Below are positions 56,823 to 64,000 of a stretch of DNA of 64,000 nucleotides, piece by piece (position 1 is the stretch's first letter; each line of letters begins with the position of its first letter). The position numbers were made by a program, and so were the translations under genes. The notes beneath the pieces were generated by a model. It was not told the origin of the DNA. It did no database searches and saw only the letters and a list, made by a program, of their open reading frames with translations. This DNA comes from a virus (Duplodnaviria > Caudoviricetes), in IMG/VR virus record IMGVR_UViG_3300032303_001800, positions 1-64,000 of that record; one strand, given 5' to 3'.

Positions 56823-57972
56823 TGTAAGCGAATTTGTAAGCGGTGCTAAAAAGAAAAAGGCTACTCTCGAGCAGATTGCCGGTATTCTTGAGCGCAATGG
56901 TATTGACATTGAGGACATTGGCTCCGTAAGCCGCATTAATATTACGGAAAAGTTGACTAAGGGTCAAGACGGTGAGGTTGTTCAGTCTGCCTCTCATTCC
57001 ATTACTCTTAGCCCCAAGTGGGAAGAGGGTCCGGCATGGCCAACCATTCAGCAGGCTAAACCAACCGTAATTAAATTCTCATCAGCAAAGTCCACGAAAA
57101 CCACAGGCGCCAAGACAACCGTAATACTTCCAGATACTCAGATTGGTTACCTTCGCACCACCGACGGTGAATTGATTCCGATGCACGACGAAGATGCAAT
57201 GGCTGTAGGTATCGAGATAGTCAAGGCAATGAAGCCTGACGTGATTATCAACCTTGGCGACTACCTTGACATGAGCGAGTGGTCTTCTAAGTTCACCGTT
57301 TACCCAGAGTTTGTATTGACGACACAGGCCGCCTTAGACCGCGGCCACGAATACCTTGCCGAACAGCGTGCCGCCGTTGGCCCCGATGCCGAAATTTATC
57401 TTCTTGGTGGCAACCACGACAATCGGCTTGAACTGGCAGTCGCAAGAAACACAATGTCTGCATTGCGTCTTCGACAGGCCAAGGCCCCTGAATCATGGCC
57501 GGTTCTCTCCATACCTTTTCTGCTTCGCCTGCAGGACTTAAGCGTTACCTATGTTGGTTCATACCCAGCAGGCCGCATCAAGTTGGCTGAGGCGCACGGC
57601 GAACAGACTCCCCTGTACGCTTTGCACGGTGAGAAGTTGGACATGAAGAAGCAAGCAAATTCAGAACGTCAAAGCACCATCCAGGGCCACACACACCACG
57701 TTTCCATGCATTGTGAAACTTACGAAATCGATGGGCAGGCTCAACAAGTTCAATCTTGGACCCTTGGCTGTCTTTGCCGCATTGACGGTGCCGTACCCTC
57801 TACTAGAGGCGGTATGGATGAATTTGGACGCCCTTATAAGCGTCAAGAATCATGGCAACATGCAGTAGGCGTTCTCACGGAAACCGAAGATGGTTGGTGG
57901 ATTGAACCCATCATGGTCCACGATGGTGTAGCATTGTTCCGTGGAAAAAAATACAGCGCTCATGGGGCGTAG
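56815..57972 (+). CDS. Calcineurin-like metallophosphoesterase
   Basis: PDTQ, LGDYLD, GNHD, HG, GHTH motifs. Confidence 0.9.
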   Translation: MSDVSEFVSGAKKKKATLEQIAGILERNGIDIEDIGSVSRINITEKLTKGQDGEVVQSASHSITLSPKWEEGPAWPTIQQAKPTVIKFSSAKSTKTTGAKTTVILPDTQIGYLRTTDGELIPMHDEDAMAVGIEIVKAMKPDVIINLGDYLDMSEWSSKFTVYPEFVLTTQAALDRGHEYLAEQRAAVGPDAEIYLLGGNHDNRLELAVARNTMSALRLRQAKAPESWPVLSIPFLLRLQDLSVTYVGSYPAGRIKLAEAHGEQTPLYALHGEKLDMKKQANSERQSTIQGHTHHVSMHCETYEIDGQAQQVQSWTLGCLCRIDGAVPSTRGGMDEFGRPYKRQESWQHAVGVLTETEDGWWIEPIMVHDGVALFRGKKYSAHGA

Positions 57973-58219
57973 AAAAAAAGAACTACCGCCTACAGACAAC
58001 ACGTCAGTAATGGCGACAATGCAAAGACGTGAACCTGACAATCAGTTTGCCGTTTGCCCCGTATGCAACCAATGGGCGTTGCTCTGGGACCTAGACGGTA
58101 AGGTAAACTTCTACTCAGATATGCACCCAATGGGGTGCTGGGACTCTGTGGCGGGAAGAAAAGTTTTATCAGACAACAAGCGCACCGGAGCGGCAAAGAC
58201 TAACGTCAGTCTTTTTTAA
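57962..58219 (+). CDS. Hypothetical protein
   Basis: CPVC...H..GC; last plus-strand gene of the block. Confidence 0.55.
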   Translation: MGRRKKELPPTDNTSVMATMQRREPDNQFAVCPVCNQWALLWDLDGKVNFYSDMHPMGCWDSVAGRKVLSDNKRTGAAKTNVSLF

Positions 58220-58529
58220 ATTCCTGCCAAGCATCGTCCTCTGAAGTACCTGATGAAAGCCATTTTTTACGGTCTTCCTGCGAGGCTCCGCCCCAGATAC
58301 CATATTCGACTTTGTTCTCCAGAGCGTATTTAAAACATACGTCCTGTACGGGGCAAGTATTGCAGAGTGCTACCGCCTTCTTAGCGAGGTGAGATTTCCC
58401 CTGACCGGGGAAGAAGTTTTCCAGACCGCTATCAAGACAAAGTCCATCAAAATAAAACGAGGGCCTCATGCTGTCGACAAGGCGCATGAACATCAGCATC
58501 TCGTATTCTTCAAATGAACTAGCGCGCAT
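58206..58529 (-). CDS. whiB: WhiB-family transcription factor
   Basis: C...FFP...C.TCPV...C..YAL....GIWGG Fe-S motif. Confidence 0.93.
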   Translation of the reverse strand: MRASSFEEYEMLMFMRLVDSMRPSFYFDGLCLDSGLENFFPGQGKSHLAKKAVALCNTCPVQDVCFKYALENKVEYGIWGGASQEDRKKWLSSGTSEDDAWQEFKKD

Positions 58530-58673
58530 GTTAAGCAGCGTAGCGTTCTACAATATGAAGGTGTGCCTGCACTCTTGCTTCATTCTGGGATTCTATTTTC
58601 TTCGACCAGTAGCAAGAGCATGCTACTTCGAACCCACCCTTCATTAAGGGTGTTATTTGAACGTAATGAACTT

Positions 58674-59060
58674 TCATTCCCATGACCATTTTCTAAATCC
58701 TCGTCTATGCGCTTCTTGCGGGTAATTGTCTATCTGCATGTGACAATAACGGCATACCGCTAGGTATTCGCTTTCGTCACCACCAACTATCTTGCCGCCA
58801 GCGCTTCGCGGTTTAATCTCGTGGACATCGACAGACCTTTCAAAACAATTGTTATTCCAATAAACTTGGCATAACGGGTGTTCCGATAAAAACTTTTCTA
58901 CAAAGGGCCGACGCTCTTTATAAATTTGCTCCATTTTTTTGGAGCGGGGCTTGAGCGCACTACGCGTCTTGAGCCCTTTTTTGCTTTTCAGCGACGTTCG
59001 CGACTGAAGCGGGGTCTTGGTCTTTAGGGCCTTGCCCCGCTTCAGCGGTGAACGCTTCAC
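58674..59060 (-). CDS. HNH endonuclease-like protein
   Basis: C..C, VDVHEIKPRSAGG, AVCRYCH; basic N-terminus. Confidence 0.8.
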   Translation of the reverse strand: MKRSPLKRGKALKTKTPLQSRTSLKSKKGLKTRSALKPRSKKMEQIYKERRPFVEKFLSEHPLCQVYWNNNCFERSVDVHEIKPRSAGGKIVGGDESEYLAVCRYCHMQIDNYPQEAHRRGFRKWSWE

Positions 59061-59218
59061 TAGAGATAATAGTGAATGAGTTGTTCTTGAAGAACTGAAA
59101 TCTGCCGATGAGCATCCGACAGTTGGGAACGAAGACTTATCACTTCATCTTTCAAGTTGTCAACCCACAAATAAAGTTCGTGAAGTTCAACCTCTAGTTC
59201 ATGTGCGTAATCGCCCAT
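59060..59218 (-). CDS. 52-aa coiled-coil protein (not in ORF track)
   Basis: MGDYAHELEVEL...HYYL, overlaps HNH start. Confidence 0.55.
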   Translation of the reverse strand: MGDYAHELEVELHELYLWVDNLKDEVISLRSQLSDAHRQISVLQEQLIHYYL

Positions 59219-59237
59219 TGCATCATCATAGGACATT

Positions 59238-59621
59238 TCAGCCTCCTGATTCTCGGTACGAAGCCATAAGGCTACGTAGTGACTCTTGGTTACTGCGTGC
59301 AGTCAAAATAGCCTGCTTAGTAGCATCGTGCTCTGCCCGCAAACCCTCGGCTTTACGCCGAAATTCTACAGTTGCCATTACAGCGATGTCTTCTGCCATG
59401 TCTGCTGTTACCTTCATGCCGTGTTCACCACTAACGCGAGCCTCATAGCGTGCTATGTGAAAGTTGGCTTTGTGGTCGGCTTCGGCGGCTGACATGTCTC
59501 TCGCAAGTTCAGCAAGGCGCTCAGTCATTGACTCCTGATGGTTCATAAGACGAATCATTTCGTTTTCGATGTCAACGTAACTAAGCGTCTTGCCAGACTT
59601 TGCTTGGCTTTGTAGGCCCAT
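59238..59621 (-). CDS. Helical hypothetical protein
   Basis: 127 aa coiled coil, coupled to ssb. Confidence 0.68.
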   Translation of the reverse strand: MGLQSQAKSGKTLSYVDIENEMIRLMNHQESMTERLAELARDMSAAEADHKANFHIARYEARVSGEHGMKVTADMAEDIAVMATVEFRRKAEGLRAEHDATKQAILTARSNQESLRSLMASYRESGG

Positions 59622-60025
59622 TAGAAGGGTTCGTACGAACTTCCACCGGAGTTACCACCACGGGCGCCAGCGCCAGCGGTAGCACGTTCGGTCTTAATGA
59701 CACTAGCGCGGTCAAAGCGGAGCGATACGCCCACTTCATCTGCAATAACTTCTACTGAAGTTCCGGGCGTGCCATCCTTCTTTTCGTAACTGCGGACCTC
59801 AAGGCGACCAGAGACGGTAGCGCGGTTGCCACGGGTGAGCGTGTTTGCCACGTTCTCAGCCATACCGCCGAAAGTAACAACGTCATAGAAAGACGTGCGT
59901 TCTTCACCGCTCTTATCCTTGTGATTTACGGCTACGGCAAATCGTGCAACCTGCATACCGCTGTCCGTAAAACGGATTTCTGGGTCGCGGGTCAAATTGC
60001 CTGCAATTGTGATGTGTGAATTCAT
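59621..60025 (-). CDS. ssb: Single-stranded DNA-binding protein
   Basis: ITIAGNLTRDPEIRFT, VSGRLEVRSY, acidic-aromatic EPF tail. Confidence 0.95.
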   Translation of the reverse strand: MNSHITIAGNLTRDPEIRFTDSGMQVARFAVAVNHKDKSGEERTSFYDVVTFGGMAENVANTLTRGNRATVSGRLEVRSYEKKDGTPGTSVEVIADEVGVSLRFDRASVIKTERATAGAGARGGNSGGSSYEPF

Positions 60026-60034
60026 TATAACTCC

Positions 60035-60889
60035 TTACTGAAGTGACTTAAAGTGTTCGATGAGAATCTTGGCTTCATCCATCGACAGGTCGGTCAACTT
60101 GTCCGAGCGACGGTGGATAACTGCGTCAATCGCATCCCACATCTGGGGGTCGTCCATGCTGAGACCCTTGTGTGTGATTGCCCAAATAGCGCGGGTTTGC
60201 GCTTCTGATGCCATCTTGCCACCACCACCGACCGATACGGCCTGTGTTGGCTTGCCGGCAGCCGCACGCACGGTGTCACTAAGACTCTGTGGCGCCTGCT
60301 TGCGTACCGGCTCTTGGTAAGAACTGTAGGACTGCTCCTCGTGAGAAGCATCTGGGTCTTCGTCTCCCGTAGGAATCCAGAAGAACTGCTTAAAGAAATA
60401 CTTAGCCGCGGTAGCAAGAGCCTTGTTCATCGCCTTGTCTGCGGTGTCTGAAGCCTCTCCGACCATCGTAGAGACAATAGTGTCACCGGCGGGACCGACA
60501 ATGGTGTATTCCACCACTACGGTTGCAAAGTGAGCAATGGTTGCCTTGCCGGAAGAGTTCACACCCTCACGGTCGTAAGCACTCTGGCTAATGATGTTCG
60601 GGTAGATGGTAAGACCGTTCTTGATAAGAGCGGGCTGTACCTCTGCAGTAATGGCTTCGATGCCGAGAAACTTGTAACGCTGATTCTCGTTGTAGCCATT
60701 CTTGGCGATAAAACCAACGTCTTCCATAGCCCCACGCACCGCTTCGTAAACGGTAGGCAGTCCACTGTTGGATGCTGTCATGTTGTTTGTTCCTTCCTCA
60801 TATTCGGTCATATCGACCTCTTCAAATGAAATGTTAGCCGCTTCCAAGAGTTGTGTCAAGTCTGGCGGGGTAATTTTTGCGGCGGTCAT
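60035..60889 (-). CDS. ERF-family ssDNA annealing recombinase
   Basis: YKFLGIE, GEASDTADKAMNKA..AAKY, IPTGDEDPD. Confidence 0.9.
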   Translation of the reverse strand: MTAAKITPPDLTQLLEAANISFEEVDMTEYEEGTNNMTASNSGLPTVYEAVRGAMEDVGFIAKNGYNENQRYKFLGIEAITAEVQPALIKNGLTIYPNIISQSAYDREGVNSSGKATIAHFATVVVEYTIVGPAGDTIVSTMVGEASDTADKAMNKALATAAKYFFKQFFWIPTGDEDPDASHEEQSYSSYQEPVRKQAPQSLSDTVRAAAGKPTQAVSVGGGGKMASEAQTRAIWAITHKGLSMDDPQMWDAIDAVIHRRSDKLTDLSMDEAKILIEHFKSLQ

Positions 60890-61908
60890 TACTTCACTCC
60901 TCTAAGTGTGCGAGAACTGGGGCGGAACTTCTTGAACTGCTCAAAGATTTCGGGGGCCTCACGCCTCAAACGGTCGGTGTCCAAAGATTCTACCTCTTTA
61001 CCAGCCTTGTAAGTCAGAATAACGTTCCCGTCCACAGTAGCGTACTCGGCGTTACCGACTACTTCAATAATCTTGGCACGAAGACCCTTGCGGACTTTAT
61101 CGGCCTCTTCTGCGGCCACCTTGGCGGCACTGAATTCCTCCCAGAGCGACTTCAGTTCCATGCCACCCTCAAGGCCCTTGCCGGCTTCGTGGCGAGGGTA
61201 ACGGGCTGCTTGCGCTGCTTCTGTGGCATCAGAACCGTCGACTTCGGGTGCAGTGTTGGTCTGAACAAGGTCCCAAAACTGTTGCTCAATGATAACTAGG
61301 TTTTCCGCGAGTTCTTCGTCCCAAGCAAGGTGACGAACCTGCAAACCCGTTGGCGGCAAAAGCGCCGCAAAGATAATCTCGTGAACGCCTGTGACAATTC
61401 CGTAGTGAACGGTTTGCAAAACGTAACTTTGAGGGATGGAATTGTTCGACCACTGGTGCACGGTGCCGGGGCTGGCAATGCCCGAGGTCTTGACTTCAAG
61501 GATTGCCTTGACCCCCGCTGGCTCAATGTTGTTCTTCCAGTCGGTTACAACGCCGACAGGGAAATCCGGGGTGGGCTCGACAATCCAAAAGTCGATATTG
61601 GCGAACATAAAGTCATTCTTTTCTGATACAAGAATGACCGGCCATGCCACGACGGCCTGCTTGTGGTCGTGGGCGTACTTCTCTGCAATAACGCGCTCTA
61701 GTCGGTGGCCCCAATCGGTAGCCTCATTGCCTACGTTTTCACGTTCAATAAGGTTGGTACGTTCAGCCCACAAAGCGTAGGCAGACTTGTACTTGTTGAC
61801 ACCACAAACGGTACCGGCGTCAGAACCGCCGAGACCATTGGCGCGGTAGGCCAACCACTCTTCTTCGGGCATGTCCCACGTTGGGATGATTGCTTTGAAC
61901 TTATTCAT
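60889..61908 (-). CDS. YqaJ/lambda-exonuclease-like recombination nuclease
   Basis: WLAYRANGLGGSD, WGHRLE, ANID, LEVKT, Y..Q..HY. Confidence 0.93.
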   Translation of the reverse strand: MNKFKAIIPTWDMPEEEWLAYRANGLGGSDAGTVCGVNKYKSAYALWAERTNLIERENVGNEATDWGHRLERVIAEKYAHDHKQAVVAWPVILVSEKNDFMFANIDFWIVEPTPDFPVGVVTDWKNNIEPAGVKAILEVKTSGIASPGTVHQWSNNSIPQSYVLQTVHYGIVTGVHEIIFAALLPPTGLQVRHLAWDEELAENLVIIEQQFWDLVQTNTAPEVDGSDATEAAQAARYPRHEAGKGLEGGMELKSLWEEFSAAKVAAEEADKVRKGLRAKIIEVVGNAEYATVDGNVILTYKAGKEVESLDTDRLRREAPEIFEQFKKFRPSSRTLRGVK

Positions 61909-62131
61909 TGTTACTTTCCTTTATCTTAATAGTGCGAGCGACATTGTCCTCAAACTCGAGGGTCCCACTCTCTCGCAACTCCTGACACACATTATACACA
62001 GTTCCGAGCGATAGTCCAGTCAATTTTGCAAGGTCTCTAAAACTAGGACCATACTTGTGACTGGAGTACCAAGAAACAACCGCCTCCCTGACGGCAACCG
62101 TGTTAGAAACTCTAGTATTAAATGTCGTCAT
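61901..62131 (-). CDS. LexA-like winged-helix DNA-binding domain only (no peptidase domain)
   Basis: [18 protein letters not shown]...L...G.L....ARTIKI aligns with the LexA N-domain PPSVREI...RAIRI; 76 aa; overlaps the recA stop. Confidence 0.78.
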   Translation of the reverse strand: MTTFNTRVSNTVAVREAVVSWYSSHKYGPSFRDLAKLTGLSLGTVYNVCQELRESGTLEFEDNVARTIKIKESNNE

Positions 62132-63152
62132 CTTCAACAACCTCTTCGACCTCAACAACTCCGATGGTTTCCATCACGCGGTTATAAATTTCTTGATACA
62201 ACGCTGGGTCTTCCTTTAGACGCTTTTTGGTTTTTTCTTTACCCTGACCAATGTTTTCGCCTTCATAGTTGAAGTACGCACCGGCACGGCGCAAAATCCC
62301 CAAGTCAGTAGCGCAATCAATAAGCACACCATACCTAGAAACGCCAACACCGTACTCAAGGTCAAACTCTGCCTGACGGAAAGGTGGTGCTACCTTGTTT
62401 TTGGCAACCTTGACGCGGGTGCGGTTAGCAGTTGATTCCTCGCCGGTTTTAATGGTCTGAATACGACGAATGTCAAGACGGACTGACGAGTAGTAAGGCA
62501 GGGCTTTGCCACCGGGGGTGTACTCGCTAGGCCCATACATCACACCAATCTTTTCACGCAATTGATTGATGAAAATAACCAACGTGTTGTTAATGGACGC
62601 GGCGTGGGTCATCTTGCGAAGTGCCTGACCCATAATTCGAGGCATGAGCCCGACGTGATGGTCGCCCATCTCGCCTTCAATTTCGGCACGGGGGACCAAT
62701 GCGGCTACGGAGTCAATGACAACAAGGGCCACCTCGCCGGACTCGATAACCCGAATGGCGGTCTCTAAACCCTGCTCCGCGTTGGCGGGCTGGGAGAGAA
62801 TAAGAGACTGAACATCAATGCCAATAGCCTGTGCGTACACAGGGTCAAAAGTGTGTTCAGCGTCAATGTAGACACAGGTCAAACCGAGCGATTGTGCAGA
62901 TGCAATAGCGTGCTGAGCAACGGTTGACTTGCCCGACGAAGTGGGGCCGAAGAACTCGACAATACGGCCTCGGGGCAAGCCACCAACGCCCAAAGCCATG
63001 TCCAACGGCAAAATGCCGGTAGAAATAGTTTCTACGGGGACAATATCTGAGTTGTCAAGGCGCATGATTGCACCTGCACCAAACTGCTGATTGATGGAGT
63101 CAATGACGGATGCGAGGCTTCCACCGCGCGGGGCTGAGGTTTTCTTAGCCAT
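62118..63152 (-). CDS. recA: RecA recombinase
   Basis: [68 protein letters not shown]. Confidence 0.97.
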   Translation of the reverse strand: MAKKTSAPRGGSLASVIDSINQQFGAGAIMRLDNSDIVPVETISTGILPLDMALGVGGLPRGRIVEFFGPTSSGKSTVAQHAIASAQSLGLTCVYIDAEHTFDPVYAQAIGIDVQSLILSQPANAEQGLETAIRVIESGEVALVVIDSVAALVPRAEIEGEMGDHHVGLMPRIMGQALRKMTHAASINNTLVIFINQLREKIGVMYGPSEYTPGGKALPYYSSVRLDIRRIQTIKTGEESTANRTRVKVAKNKVAPPFRQAEFDLEYGVGVSRYGVLIDCATDLGILRRAGAYFNYEGENIGQGKEKTKKRLKEDPALYQEIYNRVMETIGVVEVEEVVEDDDI

Positions 63153-63240
63153 ACCAATCCTTTCTTAGATTGAACATCAGTATAGCAACTTTGCTGTACA
63201 TCCGTTCATTTACATGTTAAGATTACCAGTAAGGAGGATT

Positions 63241-64000
63241 ATGCAACTTTCGTATAACTACGCGTGGCTTGTCGAAGATGAAATTTTTGTGCGTGCCCGT
63301 TTTCAACCAGGGTTTGTAGAGGACTGCCGAGACATTGAGGGTAGGCGCTGGGAGCCAAAAGACAAACTGAATGTCTTCCCTACCTCGCAGGCAGTTTCCG
63401 TTAAGGCGCTCGCAGACAAATGGAAGGTTATGCTTTCACCGGAAGTGTACGCGCTTCTATCCGTTTCGGAAGACGAACTGTCAATGCCAGCCGGGGAATT
63501 CAACCTGGATGTAGAAGAAGGTGAAGTAGTAGTTCGCTTTCCCTACAATCCACGACTCATTAATACCATTAAATCTATGGTCCCCGGTTGTAAATGGAAT
63601 AACGAAAAAAAATTTTGGCAAATTCCACAGTCAAATTACGTTAATCTCCTAGAGTTTGCTACCGCAAACACCTTTACGTCATCTGAAGAATTTTTGATTC
63701 TTATGAATGACACAGTGAAACTCATTGATGAACAACGTACAGCGTCATCTGCGTTAGATGCAGACATAGTTATTCCGAACATGGTAGGCGAGTTGATGCC
63801 GTATCAGCGTGCTGGGGTTGCGTACTTAAAAAAGGCTAGGAAGGCAATCCTCGGCGACCAGCCCGGACTTGGAAAAACCGTCCAAGCACTCGCGACTATT
63901 GCGTCGGAGGACGCGTGGCCGGTGGTTATCGTGTGCCCGAACACCCTGAAGTATAACTGGATGCGGGAGACCGCCCGTTTCTTTCCCCATCTCAATGTGG
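63241..64000 (+). CDS. SNF2/SMARCAL1-like helicase with HARP-like N-terminus (truncated by window end)
   Basis: GGAGG RBS; open frame to the end; LMPYQRAGV, LGDQPGLGKTVQAL, VIVCP. Confidence 0.88.
   Translation, partial: MQLSYNYAWLVEDEIFVRARFQPGFVEDCRDIEGRRWEPKDKLNVFPTSQAVSVKALADKWKVMLSPEVYALLSVSEDELSMPAGEFNLDVEEGEVVVRFPYNPRLINTIKSMVPGCKWNNEKKFWQIPQSNYVNLLEFATANTFTSSEEFLILMNDTVKLIDEQRTASSALDADIVIPNMVGELMPYQRAGVAYLKKARKAILGDQPGLGKTVQALATIASEDAWPVVIVCPNTLKYNWMRETARFFPHLNV

Larger units (their letters stand above)
1..64000. mobile_element. Segment of a large contractile-tailed (myovirus-like) actinobacterial phage genome
   Basis: Terminase-portal-protease-capsid-sheath-tube-TMP-baseplate order; WhiB, SSB, ERF, YqaJ, RecA; no host housekeeping operons; no integrase in window. 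Confidence 0.96.

Overview
The whole window is part of the genome of a large tailed phage with a contractile tail (myovirus morphology). The host is almost certainly an actinobacterium, judged from WhiB, Gram-positive/actinobacterial SOS boxes, a leaderless gene and sigma-A type promoters. Four blocks are visible. (1) 1-18.1 kb is a minus-strand early/accessory arm of about 35 mostly tiny genes, including a MoxR AAA+/VWA pair, ArdC, DUF3846 and several micro zinc-ribbon proteins. Most are built as self-contained cassettes: GC hairpin or SOS box, then a helically phased ATCGCGC-N2-GCGCGAT palindrome plus half-site, a sigma-A promoter, a GAAAGG RBS and the gene. The arm also carries host-chromosome signals: 2 parS sites, 2 pairs of perfect DnaA boxes and 8 of the window's 10 LexA boxes. 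(2) 18.2-21 kb holds a leaderless gene with an SOS box, tRNA-Ser/Tyr/Asn, an anticodon-less tRNA-like RNA, Dps and a protein with a histone-like tail. (3) 21.1-58.2 kb, plus strand, has dNMP kinase, resolvase, terminase, portal, protease/scaffold, capsid, neck, sheath, tube, frameshifted chaperone, tape measure, baseplate, collagen fibre, a glycosyltransferase-methyltransferase, three papain-fold hydrolases and a metallophosphoesterase. (4) 58.2-64 kb has WhiB, HNH, SSB, ERF, YqaJ exonuclease, a LexA DNA-binding-domain-only protein, RecA and a SNF2-like helicase cut off by the window end. No integrase, CRISPR array, rRNA or reverse transcriptase was seen. The best candidate for an undescribed system is the phased CGCG-palindrome promoter-cassette array with its embedded DnaA/ParB/LexA sites and the phage LexA-DBD/RecA pair. 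All assignments come from motif recognition by eye; no database search was run and counts are manual.
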